Shown here: positions 39,560-53,114 of the stretch, one piece after another
Numbering within the stretch: the stretch's first letter is position 1
Layout: each line of letters starts with the position of its first letter
NCBI RefSeq assembly: GCF_006345805.1
Contig: NC_043002.1
Location: 83,700,001 to 83,764,000 of the forward strand
Length of the DNA: 64,000 bases
Reading direction: 5' to 3'
Source of the DNA: Octopus sinensis
Lineage: Eukaryota
The notes under the pieces: model-generated
The model's database searches: none
What the model was told of the DNA's origin: nothing
The model's input: only the letters and a program-made list of their open reading frames with translations
Program-made: the position numbers and the translations under genes

Positions 39560-41133
39560 CAACTCAATATTTTTTGCTTGTTGGGGAACAGATGATAGTG
39601 AGATGGGGTCAAATCAGGAGAATAGGGGAGGTGATCAACCAGTTCAAAGTTACAGTCATGCACAGAAGCCATTGCAATCAAGGACTTGTGTACTGGAACA
39701 TTATCCTGGTGGAATAAGATACCTCCGTTAGTTTTCCTGGGCGTTTGGTCTTGATAACCTTTCGTAGCTGCCTCCACAAGTTGGGATGGTACTCTCCATT
39801 GATGGCGCGGCCCTTTTGAAGATAGTTAATAAGCACAATGCCTTTTGCATCGCAAAAAAAAACCTGAGATCATCACCTTCCCTATCGATGGATCGTCTTT
39901 GTCCTTCATTGCAGCAGGTGAGAAATGGTGCTTCCACTGCATAAATTGTCTCTTTGTCACTGCGTCAAAGTCATGAATCAACGCTCGTTCTGGGTTGGGA
40001 AACATTCAAAGAAACCAGCTGGATCTGTCTCAAACAATGTCGGGCTTTCCCGCGCGCTTTTGATCAGGTTTCAGAAGATGAGGCACTGAAGAAAAACCTT
40101 CGTCATGCCAAGTTCATTGCGCAGAATATTCTCAACTCCCCCACGGGGCATGTTAATAGCATTGACTGTTTAATTTATTGTCAATCGCCTGTCACCCATC
40201 ACTATGTGGTGAACACGATATTTTTTTTTCCTCGGTGGAAGGTGGCGAGCTGGCAGAAATGCTTAGCGGTACTTCGTCTGCCGCTACGTTATGAGTTCAA
40301 ATTCCACCGAGGTCGACTTTGCCTTTCATCCTTTCGGGGTCGATTAAATAAGTACTAGTTACGCACTGGAGTCGATATAATCGACTTAATCCGTTTGTCT
40401 GTCCTTGTTTGTCCTCTCTATGTTTAGCTCCTTGTTGGTAGTAAAGAAATAGGTATTTCGTCTGTCTTTACGCTCTGAGTTCAAATTCCGCCGAGGTCGA
40501 CTTTGCCTTTCATCCATTCGGGGTCGATAAATTAAATACCAATTGCGTACTGGGGTCGATCTAATCGACTGGCCCCCTCCCCAAAAATTTTGAGCCTTCT
40601 GCCTAGAGTAGAACAAAATATATTTTTTCGGTAATGGCTGTTACAGGACATCCAGATCTTGGGTCATCTTCAAGAGTCTCCCTTCCCTTGCTAAATTCAA
40701 CTGCCCGTTTTTGCATTGTTGATGAAGCTGGTATGCAATCCCCTAATGTAGCAAACATGTCTTCATAGATGTCCTTGCGAGCAAAACCATTTTTCTGAAG
40801 GTACTTGATAACACCACGATACCAAATTTAATCCATTTTCAGAAGTCGCTACTAGTTACTTTTGAACATTCAGATGTCAGTTTATCTACGCCGGGCGAAA
40901 TGACTCGTGGTATTTTGTTTGCCGTTACGTTCTGAGTTCAAATTCCGCCGAGGTCGACTTAGCCTGTCATCCTTTCGAGGTCGATTAAATAAGTACCAGT
41001 CAATCACTGGGGTCGATGTAATCGACTTAATCCCCTTGTCTGTCCTTGTTTGTCGTCTCTATGTTTAGCCTTCTGTGGGCAACAAAAACATAATTGATAA
41101 GTAGAGTTGAAATTAGTGCATGCAAGATTTCAC
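39560..41133 (-). mobile_element. Decayed mariner transposon interrupted by three SINE type B copies (about 40240-40450, 40452-40615, 40888-41090)
   Basis: ILFHQDNVPVH..HLPYSPDLTPSHYHLFP near 39580-39720; N-terminal YRGVIKYLQK..LEDDPRSGCP near 40630-40830. Confidence 0.85.
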
Positions 41134-41666
41134 ACACACACATACATGTATACTTATATATATAAAGAAGCATTGGTTATAGAACAAACATTAAATTTGG
41201 GTCAACAACTTTACATACAACACCACCCCTCAAACATTTAATCATATATAAAAAAAAACACCATGGTCTACAAACACATTAAAAAACAATACACATGCAT
41301 AAAATAGCAGGATGTAAAAATATATATATTCTAATAAAATACAAATAGAACGGCTTATCAAAAGTTAAATATAACGACTAAAATTTTCAAAACTATCAAA
41401 AGGCCTAATGGACAAATATAAAATAAATAATGAGAAAAATTAAAATTTTATCAGACGATTAAAATATTTTTTTTTAAATTATTAATTTTTTTTTTATATT
41501 TGGAAAAGTTTTTTACTCCCCTCACACAAGTACGTCCAAAGTTTATAAGTAAACAGACTTCCACAGTTCAAGTTCACACACATCTTGAAAAAAGTCTTTT
41601 ACTCCCCTCACACAAGTACGTTCAAAGTTCATAATAAACAGATATCACCGGTCAAATTCAACATTC

Positions 41667-41758
41667 ACATATATGTATGGCCATTTCGGGAGCTCCACAC
41701 TGCAGATCATTTACACTAAAGTGCATCATGGCGATAACCCCCTCATCAGGATAAACAT
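41667..41758 (-). ncRNA. Type I hammerhead ribozyme with extended stem II
   Basis: Minus strand ATGTTTATC-CTGATGA-GGGGG(about 45 nt)CTCCC-GAA-ATGGCCAT-A-CATATATG; palindromic helix III, AUA cleavage triplet, imperfect stem I. Confidence 0.6.
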
Positions 41759-41949
41759 GAAACATGCGCATATCAAAACTTTTTATGAAAATGATTCTTT
41801 ATTACCCACAAGGAGCACACAGAGAATGGACAATACAATACATGTGGTGACATTGTTGGCATCCTTTTTGTCTCGGGAGACAATGGAGTTGCGCATAAAA
41901 TAGTCTAGTCTGTAGTCTGGCTTTTACATTCATGTCCTGATACATTTCC

Positions 41950-42245
41950 TGCTGTGGCTGTGTAGTCCTATCCTGGACAACACTCCCTCTGGCAGGTACC
42001 CTGCAAATGTACGAAGACTGTTCCTGGCTTGTTGTAATGTCATAGTTTCTTGTTGACGGTCTTTCTTGTCTTTCTCCATTTCTCCTCTCTCTCTCTGTCA
42101 CTCCTTTGTATTCCTTCTTTTACGGTACGTCGCCAATCTCCACGGTTGCTGGCAACTGCTTCCCAATTGCTAATATTGATGTTGCAGGCCTTCATGTCCC
42201 TTTTGCAAACATCCTTGTAACGTAAGAACGGTCTTCCCACAGACC
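41950..42245 (-). mobile_element. RTE-clade LINE 3' fragment
   Basis: RSVGRPFLRYKDVCKRDMKACNINISNWEAVASNRGDWR is a typical RTE ORF C-terminus. Confidence 0.85.
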
Positions 42246-42499
42246 TATATGTGGTGACATATAACAATTAAAACAATAAAATTATGATAAACATGAATGA
42301 AAAATGAAATGATGTATGGAAACGAGCTACCTACCCCGCCTCACTAGCATCATTTACTTCCTTCTAGATCCAGTTCATGTTGATTCCATAACGTTCTTCC
42401 AATTCCTTATTTTCAATCTCATTTGGCACATCCTTTATATTGCAAATCATATTTCTGTATCTAACACCCTCCTTACATTCTTTAACCTCTCTCATCCAA

Positions 42500-42990
42500 C
42501 ATTACGGCACCAATACACTTGCGACCATATCTTCCTTCTTATCTCCCTTCATACTAACAAACCTCACATCTCTCCATCGTGGCAATTTCTCCACCAGTTT
42601 CTTATCCACACCCTTAAACAAAACACAAGCATAACACATGGCAGGGGAGTTTTGTGAATTTTTGTGTGTTTGTACTTCTTTTTTCCGTTTTTGTGTCGGT
42701 GGGGAATGGCTGGGTTTGGTGTCTGCAGTGGGAGAGTGGGGTTGTGAAGACATGGGTGAGGTGGGTACGGGTTGGGGCTCACTTTAACTATCCTTCTTCT
42801 TCATCCTCTGTTTTTGCCTTCCAGCCACTCTCCATACTTCTTCCTCGTCTGTTTCATCCTTATCTTCCACTATCTCCTTTTCCTTCTCAGCTTTCTCTTG
42901 GGCTTGCTTGTTTTTTTTAGGGCTATCCGCTCTAATGTGGCCCTTTTGGCCACATTTATAGCAGCGAGGGGTTCTGCCCTCCACCTACAC
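42500..42990 (-). mobile_element. L1/Tx1-like ORF1 (gag-like) fragment
   Basis: PRCYKCGQKGHIRADSP zinc knuckle (last Cys mutated) followed by a charged low-complexity stretch. Confidence 0.65.
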
Positions 42991-43189
42991 TTTTATCGTC
43001 GTTTCTCCTACAGTCACTGTTTCTGCCAATTTCTCTAGATTTTAAGCCGAAGATTGTATCATCATATCTAGACATTTCCCTCGCCAAATGGTTACAAAAA
43101 TTAAGGATTGCAAGGCATTCCTTTACACACAGCTTACACTTATTTACATTTACTCTGAAGTAAGGAGCTCTCGAAATAACGGACCATTC

Positions 43190-43440
43190 CAGAGAATAAC
43201 TCTTATCATTCTTCTTTAAATCGTGTCAATAAGATGCGAGTGTGATAGGGCTACAGTATTTTTCGTTTGAAAACGAGCTCATGTGGGCCCTATATCTAAC
43301 CTTAAATTTTACTGCACTACTTGTATAAAACTGATTTAAATTATCCTCTTCCTTAACAACGCGTTTGTATATAGCATTAGTAATTAGACAGAACCCATCA
43401 TGGGGAGATAATCCAATTGTGTGTGTAGAGGTATGCATGT
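43190..43440 (-). mobile_element. Decayed PLE GIY-YIG fragment
   Basis: PHDGFCLITNAIYK..FKVRYRAHMSSF aligns by eye with 45469-45960. Confidence 0.55.
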
Positions 43441-43846
43441 GTAAGAATGCAACTTTACTTATCTACCTGAGATATAATACAACTATATAATCATCTACAC
43501 GCCACCTAGCAATGTCACTGCCTGTCGACATAGATCAGTCTCTCTGTCAGTAAGTATGTATGCATGCATGTATGCATGTATGTATGTCTGTACGCGCGCA
43601 CTGGTGTATTGCCAGCTTTCCAACTTAATTTCCCCACCTATCTTGCATTATAATTCGTCTTCCGTTATTTCTATTTACATTCTCTGTACAAATTACATTA
43701 TCTGTCCGAACTCAGTCGAACCACCTACATGTATTTTATTTATGTCACCAAACCACCTGTTCCATTTCTTTTGTTCATTATATTTTCTCCCTCTCTCTCT
43801 CTCTCCCTCCCTCTCTCTCTCTCTCTCACTCAGTCACTCTCTCGAT

Positions 43847-43886
<40 letters not shown>

Positions 43887-43997
43887 TATATGTATGTATG
43901 AATGTATGTATCTATGTATATGTATATACATATATTCCATACGTATCTTGCCATTGTCTCCACTATATATTTATTTATATATATACACATACATACA

Positions 43998-44028
<31 letters not shown>

Positions 44029-44052
44029 TTACATACATATATATATATATAT

Positions 44053-44104
<52 letters not shown>

Positions 44105-44107
44105 TTA

Positions 44108-44148
<41 letters not shown>

Positions 44149-44150
<2 letters not shown>

Positions 44151-44523
44151 TTTACTTGTTTCAGTCATTTGACTGCGGCCATGCTGGAACACCGCCTTTA
44201 GTCAAGCAAATCGACCCCGGGACTTATTCTTTGTAAGCCCAGTACTTATTCTATCGGTCTCTTTTGCCGAACCGCTAGGTGACGGGGACGTAAACACACC
44301 AGCATCGGTTGTCAAACACAGTCACACAAACATATACACACACACTTATATATATATACATATATACGACAGGCTTCTTTCAGTTTCCGTCTACCAAATC
44401 CACTCACAAGTCGGCCTGGGGCTATAGCAGAAGACACTTGCCCAAGATCCACGCAATGGAACTGAACCCGGAACCATGTGGTTGGTTAGCAAGCTACTTA
44501 CCACACAGCCACTCCTGCGCCTA
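44149..44523 (-). mobile_element. Full-length SINE type A
   Basis: Near-identical to 26699-27098; flanked by (TA)n. Confidence 0.9.
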
Positions 44524-44525
44524 TA

Positions 44526-44602
<77 letters not shown>

Positions 44603-44630
44603 ATATATATATATATATATATATATAGAT

Positions 44631-44691
<61 letters not shown>

Positions 44692-44959
44692 CGTTTTTTG
44701 CATTTTGGTTTGCAAGATTATGTGAATTCGTATGTTGAAGCATATTCATTGTGTCTGGGGAGAGTCGTTCTGTTTTAATGTCTTATTAACCAGTCGCCTG
44801 TTCGATAATCATTCGTTTACTTTTGTTCCTTTTTTTTTTTTCTAAAGTTTTCGTTGCTTCTTGCAACTTCTTCAATAGTTGTTGACTGTTATCGGAGCTG
44901 CGTTCTTTTTGATAGTATATTTCTTGTAAGATTAACCCTGGCATTAACTGCGGAAGTAG

Positions 44960-45260
44960 AAATGTAGTCTACAGCATAAACTACACAGAGGGTGCTTGCA
45001 AAGACAAGAACATAACATACATTGGTGAGACGTCTAGAAACATTGCAGAGAGACTAAATATAGACATTTGAGACAATATGACGACAGGCCTCTACCAACA
45101 AGTCAAAGACCAACATGGAGGTATAGTGGGCCGACTTGACATCTTCATTCTATTCAAGCACCCGAAGGGCCCAACACTCAAAACAAATACAGGAGTACGT
45201 GCTCATAAATGAAACGTCCCTAGTATTAAATAGGAGATATATACAGAAGGTAGTGTTACC
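44960..45260 (+). mobile_element. Decayed PLE GIY-YIG fragment
   Basis: CKDKNITYIGETSRNIAERL motif. Confidence 0.55.
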
Positions 45261-45499
45261 CCAGTACCCACAGTTTATACATACACAGATAGATTTGTTA
45301 GTACGCTGTTATCCAGACGCTGGTGAGTTTACGTCTCCGTAACTTAGCAAAAGAGACCGATAGAATAAGTACTAGGCCTACAAAGAATAAGCCCTGGGGT
45401 CGATTTGCTCGATTAAAGGCGGTGCTCCAGCATGGCTACAGTCAAATGACTGAACATATAAAAGAGTAATGAGAGAGAGAGTAAAAAAGTTTTTAAATA

Positions 45500-45960
45500 T
45501 AATTGCACGTAACACAAAAAAAAAACACGAAACCGGCTCTTCCTGCAGAGATAAAGACTTGTGCCCGCTAAATGGAGCCTGTATGACCGAGACCATTATT
45601 TATGAAGCCACTGTAGATTCTACGACCGCTAAGGACACAGTTTCGTCAAAGAAATATGTGGGTCTTACAGAGGGAAATTTTAAGGCTAGGTTCAATAACC
45701 ATACCTTAAGCTTCAGACACTGGGATAAAAGAAAAACGACCAAATTATTCAGTTATATATGGTTCTTAAACGCACAAGGTGTCAATTATACGATTCACTT
45801 GAAGATCTTGGCCAAGTGTACACCTTCTACCAACAGGAGTGGCAAGTGCCTTCTTTGTGATATGGAAAGATGGCACATCTGCAAAAGTTCCTTAAACCCC
45901 GCTACATGTCTAAATTCAAGAACTGAACTTTTTGGATCATGTCTACATATGACAAAATAA
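45500..45960 (+). mobile_element. PLE 3' fragment encoding GIY-YIG endonuclease
   Basis: CPLNGACMTETIIYEATV...YVGLTEGNFKARFNNH...CLLCDMER...LNSRTEL; preceded by a SINE type A tail (about 45300-45465). Confidence 0.85.
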
Positions 45961-46327
45961 ATCGTTACGGTTTTGCCCCCCCCCCCCGATCACGGATAGA
46001 ACCTGCTTTTTTATTATGCCCCTATACAAGCCTTTCATGTCTTAACATTTTTTATTGTTTTATATATATTTTTTCATTTTTTCCTTTTTTATTTGTGTGA
46101 TTGTATATACGTGTGAGTATATGTATATATAAGTATATATTAAATGTGTATGTGTGTGCGTGTGTATATATGTGTACGAGTGTATGTATGTATGTATATA
46201 TGTATGTATACGAGTGTAAGACTGTATCCAGTGCATAAGGGCGACTGTTATGCACATGTCTCCTTCTGTATATTTATGTACATACGCTTTTATATCTGCG
46301 GTTGTAGGTGTGTTGATTGATAGGAGT

Positions 46328-46403
<76 letters not shown>

Positions 46404-47035
46404 ACCTTTATATACACGTTCATATATGTATATTCATGTATTCGGAGAGTGTGAGAACATGCCTATTCGAGTGTACATATATGTATACGTTTCTGTTTAT
46501 GTATGAGTATATTTATTTGTATAAATGTCTAATATAAGTGTACGCATATATCTATGTGAGGATGAAGTTGCGTATACATATATACGTATGTGTGTGTGTA
46601 TATTTATACATATATATACATATACGTGTATATGTATATACGTGTGTGTGTGTATGTCCATTCATATATGCGGCGTGTGTGAATATATGCCTGTACAATT
46701 GTGCATATATGTATATATTTACGTTTGTGTACGAGTATATTTATTTGCATAAATGTCTAATATATAAGCATAGGCATATATCTATGTGAGGATGAAGTTG
46801 TGCATACATATAAACGTGCATGTGTGATGTAAATATGAGCATGTAAATATGAGCATGTAAATGTGTGTATGGGCATATATATATGTGTGTTGTGGTGTGT
46901 GTATGTATTGATATATATTATATATGTATGTATGTATGTTTATATATATATATATATTATATATATATATATATACATATAAATGTATATATATATATAT
47001 ATAATATATATATTATATATATATATATATATATA

Positions 47036-47667
47036 CTAGCAGTATCGCCCGGCGTTGCTCGGGTTTGTAAGGGAAATAACTATATAAGCATTTTTAGAGA
47101 GTTATAGCCAAAAAATAGCAAAAAATGCATAAAAATGGAAAAAAATATGATGGTAAATTTTTTGAAAAATCGTTGACTCATCGTAGACATTTTTAGAGAG
47201 TTACTTCCCTTATATAATAGCGAAAAAATGCATTAAAATGGAAAAAAAACGATGGTAAATTTTTTTTTTAAATCGTAGACTCGTGTAGACGCTTTCTTAT
47301 CCATTTCTGTTTTGGTGTATTCAAGCCATGAAGTCGTTGTTCTAAAAGAACGCTGGTCTCCTTGACAACGCATTACGACGTTGATTTCCTTACACTCTCT
47401 TCCCCACAGTGCAGGTGTGAGCGGGACGCCAACTCCGCCGCCATCGACACACGAAAATTATGCAATAAATGGAATAAAAATGATGTTAAATTATTTTTAA
47501 ATCGTAGACTCATCGTAGACGCGCGCTAATATTCAGACGGGCTCGATATGAATCACGACTATAAGCTACCCGAATTTGGTTAAACTGTACCGCAAAATGT
47601 GGGAGTAGTTAGGAATCTAAATCGAAGGGGACAGACACTCACACAACTACAGTTTTATATATATAGA
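47036..47667 (-). mobile_element. Non-autonomous Helitron
   Basis: Minus strand 5' TCTATATATATAAAA, 3' hairpin CCCGAGCAACGCCGGG then CGATACTG-CTAG; inserted between A and T; internal duplicated ATCGTAGACTC units. Confidence 0.85.
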
Positions 47668-47749
47668 TATACATAGCGCAGCAGTAGTGGTGAGATATGA
47701 CAGCCAAAGAAAAGCATACATTCACTCTCTGCATGCAATTAGACTCGGA

Positions 47750-48050
47750 AAGTTCGTGAGGAACCCATTGACCCAATTTGCTGACTTTTCCGATAGCACA
47801 CAGGTGTCAATGAATGGTTGAATGACCAAATCCAAGCTTCTCTGCTAGTTCCTCAACAGTTACGATGATATTTTGTTCCACCAGGGTTTTCAGGATGTTT
47901 GTCGAGTTCTACAGATCTTTCAGGATGAGGCTCGTCTTCTAGGCTGTAGTTTATGGCTCGGGATTTCTGGAACCACCATTGACACTGCCTTACGCTTATT
48001 GTCCAATCCCCATATACTGCATTAATATTTCTTGTACTTTGCACACATTT
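47750..48050 (-). mobile_element. Mariner transposase N-terminal fragment
   Basis: TRNINAVYGDWTISVRQCQWWFQK...SLEDEPHPERSVELD HTH. Confidence 0.75.
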
Positions 48051-48128
48051 ATATTCTGTTATTTTTTATATGTTTCAGCCTTGAGGTTGTGGCCATGCTG
48101 GATCATGTGTGGGTGTGTGTGTGTGTGG

Positions 48129-48159
<31 letters not shown>

Positions 48160-48634
48160 TGTCTATCTGCTGTCTGTCTGTATGTATATATGTATATGTA
48201 TGGTGTGAACAATAATATTTTCAACAGATGTGTTGCAAATGTATCTGATTGTTCTCAAGCTTCAATACTGTGTGTGTGTGTATGTGTGTGTGTGTATGTA
48301 TGTATGTATTATATGTATGTATGTATGTATATATATGTATGTATGATGTGTGTATGTATGTGTGTGTGTAGATGTGTGTGCGTGGTGTGTGTGTGTATGT
48401 ATTTATGTATGTATGTATGTATGTATGAGTGTATGTTTACTTTATTACTAATTACTCTCTTCCAAGAACATTTTCACTCACTCTTAGCTCTTAGCTCCCA
48501 TACATTTTACTCATGTATCTATCAGCGTCATAGACAGAATACTTTCACTTTAGTCTTCCTCAAATCACTCTGTCGCTATTTACTTTCATTTTATTCGTTG
48601 CCCACTGTGTGTGTGCGTTTGCGTGTGGTGTAAA

Positions 48635-48848
48635 CCAGACTAAGAAAAGCATTTGACACACACACCAGAATGTGAGTTTTCTGTAAATTTTGCTTAATTG
48701 GAGTTTAAATTTAAAAAAACTGGACCTGGTATGACGCGATGCATTGTACTCTTAAAACTGCTAGGTAAATTGTAATTGAAGAAATCCTATATTGTAGATT
48801 GATAACTCCAAAGGGAGGCAGATAAAATCTGCCTTTTATAATAAGAGA
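48635..48848 (-). mobile_element. Probable Helitron 5' end fragment
   Basis: Minus strand starts A|TCTCTTATTATAAAAGGCAG, the same style as the 47667 terminus. Confidence 0.4.
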
Positions 48849-48860
48849 TATATATATTAT

Positions 48861-48891
<31 letters not shown>

Positions 48892-49071
48892 CTTGTCTGT
48901 GCAAGTGTGTAGGTATGTAGATTTTACGAACGCAGAAGGTTTCTATCTATTGTGAGAATGTGGTTGCGTGTATTTTTTTTTTTTTATATTTTATATCTTT
49001 TATTTTTTCATGCCTATAAGAGTAACTTCTCTTTAATTCAACGGTTTTTCATTGCGCCTATCATCAAAATA

Positions 49072-49302
49072 TATTTCTTTACTACCCACAAGGGGCTAAA
49101 CACAGAGAGGACAAACAAGGACAGACAAAGGGATTAAGTCGATTACAACGACCCCAGTGCGTAACTGGTACTTAATTTATCGACCCCGAAAGGATGAAAG
49201 GCAAAGTCGACCTCGGCGGAATTTGAACCCAGAACATGTGACAGCAGACGAAATACGGCTACGCATTTCGCCCTGCGTGCTAACGATTCTGCCAGCTCGC
49301 CG
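49072..49302 (-). mobile_element. SINE type B
   Basis: Reverse complement of 6494-6726. Confidence 0.88.
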
Positions 49303-49599
49303 ACGAAAATGCCTCGAAGCTCTTAGCTCCAGCATTTGAAACTCTGAGTTCTATTACGACAACTTACTGATTGTCCTATACTATATATATATATATAGTA
49401 GAATAATAAAAGAAACTTCTTGGTACAGCATTATGGATATTTGAAAAAATGAGTAAAGAAGGCGCTTTGGCAGGGATAACTTTTATTTTAATCTTAATAA
49501 TACTGTATACAGTGAGTTAGTCTGATATGAGTTTCGAGCTTCAAGTAGCCGTTTTCAAACTTCATTCTTGATTATCCATGTTGGACGAATAATGAGGAG

Positions 49600-51290
49600 A
49601 CAACACAAGGACAGACAAGGGGTCGGGGAACGAATGAAACAACATGAAGGTGTACATAAATAAAACTGATGATAAATAGATACAAAATCGAATGAATTAA
49701 CAAAAATGTAATGAGGGACGTGGCCGACCCCCACAAACCACATTCCAACACTGAGTACCTGGTAGACCCTTTATGCTCTCGCTCAAACAGGTTCACTCGC
49801 TCTCAACAAACTTGCTACACTCTTCTATATTTTCCCGAACACTCCGTGTGACAAGCATCTCCTCTCCAGCTTTATTTTTCTTTTTAAGTGAAAAAGAAGA
49901 AAGTCAACCAACTAAGGTTGGCGATGAAGATGCCCGTCGCGATCCCTTTCATTCGCGTCTTCCTTATAACCTCCTTCGTAGTAGCTACTACACAGAGGAA
50001 ACAAGGCTGCTCTTCCCTATTCAGAGAAGACGGCGGGTATATCTTAATTATAGACTCGGATGACAGTTGAACTCTTCCTTGTCGTGACAGCAGTTGTTCG
50101 GAATAAACCCAAAGTTCCTTAATCTTCGGACATTGCACAATTGCGTGCAGAACAGTTTCACGGTCCTGCCCGCATCTTGGAGAAGTTGGCGTGGATGAAG
50201 AACCATGTCTGTAAAGTTTATCCTGAACAGGTAAGGTTCCTCGGTAATATTGCCATGCCAGGGACTTCTGGAAATTATCAATGGGCCCTGGACCAAATGT
50301 TCTCCGGTACAGGCCGGCGGGTTGACCTTCATCGAAGCCCAGGGTTTCTCCCAGGGCGTCGTCACGTTTGAACTCTACCAGCCCTCTATAAAATGACATT
50401 GCCCGTCTGGGAAAGAAGCAAGAGTGCCTGACGACACTCTGCTTGCCAAGCACCCAACTTCGGTCCACGCTTAATCCATGGCTTCAGTTCACTAAAAAAG
50501 GTGAAACGCGGAAGCAACAGTCTGACGAACAGAGACCACACATGCTTACCGTCCAGGTAGATCCAGCGATGCCTCAGCCTCAGCGCATGCCTGCGCATTT
50601 TTAGCCATGACATCCCCAGCCCATCCTTCAGCGGTTGTTGGCAGCAAATAGAGCGCCTTACAAGTTCTCCAGTCCCGCCACAAATAGCAGAAAAGCATGC
50701 GTTCCAACTTATTCAGTCACGAATCTGAGCAAAGCACGACGGTTAGGCGATAAGTAATACCAGATGCAATAAACACACCTGCAACCTCTGCCCTCCCTTT
50801 CAGGGATAGCTTCCGCTCATGTTAGGTCTGAGTTAGGAGAGCCAACCTGCTGGCGACCTCGCTCCAGTTCTTTTCTATCTGGAAGTCTGGGCCGAACTAG
50901 ATCCCTAGCATTTTTACCGGTCCGTTCAACGTCCAGCAAGGCTGTTGGGCGGCATCGATTTGCCCCTCCAGGTGCCGAGTTCCAAGCCTACCGATTTATC
51001 CCGGTTAATTTTTGCTCCTACCACCGCTTCGTAATCTCTTGTGGCCTCACCTACCCACTGTAGGTGTTCGACCCGGAATACGATTACGGTGATGTCCGCA
51101 TACGCCGAAACCGATTTTCCACACCCTAGATCTCGCGGGATGCCTCTCATAGCCTCCAACTTCCGCAGCAATAGCTCGAGGGCCAAAACATACAGACGTG
51201 GGAAGAGAGAACACTCTTGCCGTACCGAGCGCTCAATGCAGAACGGTTCCGAACATAAACCGTTCACCCGAATGATCGATGTTGCTATAT
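49600..51290 (-). mobile_element. L1/Tx1-clade LINE ORF2 remnant (RT plus C-terminal zinc finger), 5'-truncated and frameshifted
   Basis: RSVRQECSLFPRLYVLALE..AYADITV (RT QG.PLSP / YADD region) and LAWQYYRGTLPV..PRCGQDRETVLHAIVQCP. Confidence 0.85.
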
Positions 51291-51435
51291 AAAGCGGTGA
51301 TCCACCCATGGAAGGTCGGGCCAAACCCGGCCAAACCCGGCCAAACCCGGCCATCGCAAGGACCGCCGCAAGCTTCTTACCACACAACCACGCTTGCACC
51401 TATATATATGGAGGGATGGGGTACGTGTCTATCTA

Positions 51436-51495
<60 letters not shown>

Positions 51496-51509
51496 CATCT
51501 ATCTATCTA

Positions 51510-51540
<31 letters not shown>

Positions 51541-51569
51541 TTATGTATGTATATATGTATGTATGTATA

Positions 51570-51623
<54 letters not shown>

Positions 51624-51652
51624 ATGTATACATATTTGTATATTATATATAT

Positions 51653-51699
<47 letters not shown>

Positions 51700-52167
51700 T
51701 ATGTATGTATTGTGTATGCATTACGTATGTACGTACGTATGTGTATGTGTTTATGTGTGTGTGTGTGTGCGTGTTTGTACTCGTGTGCATGTCTAATTGG
51801 AACATAGATATGTATACATCTACGTTCAAGTTATAAACCAAATACATCCAGGTCGCATAAGGAGTGGGGCATATCCTACTGTATTTGAACATGTAGGAAG
51901 GTCATTGATATGTTGAACAATGGAAGTCTATAAATTCTCAGTCAAATGAAGAAAGCACATGCATAGAAATACTACTTCGTGTAGAAGAATATAATATTGG
52001 ACAAAGCCATAAGTTATTGACAAATATTCAATGTAATGTAATGTATTCGAATATTTTTTTTATATACACGTACATACACAAATGCACACTACATAAATCT
52101 CATCAACACGTTTTTCAGCTCCCTGTATACATATATAAAACAATGCTATGCGTGTATGCAATCATTA

Positions 52168-52347
52168 TATATATATAGGGAGAGTTTACGAAAAAACAAA
52201 AGACGAAGACAGGTGGTGTACAAAACAAACAGATGTATTAGTATAACGCTCAGGAATAGAAAAAGTCTTTTACGTTTCGAGCCTACGCTCTTCTACAGAA
52301 AGGGACACCGAAAAAGCAAGGAGAGAAACAAGGAGAGAAAAAAAGTG

Positions 52348-52350
<3 letters not shown>
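52168..52350 (-). mobile_element. Hammerhead-like non-coding element in (TA)n
   Basis: Minus strand CTTT-CTGTAGA-A-GAGC(GTAG)GCTC-GAAAC-GTA-AAAG; decayed homolog at about 62870-63005. Confidence 0.6.
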
Positions 52351-52406
<56 letters not shown>

Positions 52407-52796
52407 TGTAAGATCAGGCATCGAAGTGTAGGAAGAAAGTTAGCTTCGAGCGATCCGTAGTAAATATAAAAAAGCAACTTTCAGGGACGCTAGTGGTTTA
52501 TTAAGACGGAAGATTGTGGATTTGTTTCATATCGAAGAACGATAAGTTAAAAAAGTTATTCTTATATTCCACGGTAGGCGACCAGTGTTGCCGTGTGCGC
52601 GACTAATACTCGAGATACGGAAAGAAGCAGGAAAGACCCGGCTACGTATGTTTCGTAGTGAGCGGAACCTGGGAAGTGGTAAAATCCAGGTGAGGTGTAT
52701 ATTGCCTGCTAATCTTTAGGCTAAGGATATCTTGATTAGATTAAAGGTTACATTGTTGCAAAGAGGTACCTGTTGACAACAGCGGTATGCAATAAA

Positions 52797-53025
52797 GCGG
52801 CGAGCTGGCAGAAACGTTAGCACGCCGGGCGAAATGCGTAGCTGTATTTCGTCTGCCGCTACGTTCTGAATTCAAATTCCGCCGAGGTCGACTTTGCATT
52901 TCTTCCTTTCGGGCTCGATAAATTAAGGACCAGTTACGCACTGGTGTCGATATAATCGACTTAATCCGTTTGTCGTTTCTGTGTTTAGCCCCTTGTGGGT
53001 AGTAAAGAAATAGATATTTCGTCTG
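52797..53025 (+). mobile_element. SINE type B
   Basis: Near-identical to 6494-6726. Confidence 0.88.
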
Positions 53026-53114
53026 CCACCAAAAAGTAAAACTATAATTGTCATCAAGTATGACTAAGGGTGTCAGAACACCTACACTGCAAGAAATAAG
53101 AAATAAACTGCTCT

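Noticed and set aside
44842-44878. Hammerhead-like motif TTGAAGA-A-GTTGC..GCAAC-GAAA on the minus strand; similar remnants at about 3735-3760, 23500-23535, 24985-25015 and 49520-49562
   Set aside because: Core, helix III or stem I is broken in each; treated as decayed PLE pseudo-LTR relics, not functional ribozymes
51319-51352. (GGCCAAACCC)x3 tandem repeat, vaguely telomere-like
   Set aside because: Only about 3.5 units at a LINE/SINE junction; simple slippage duplication
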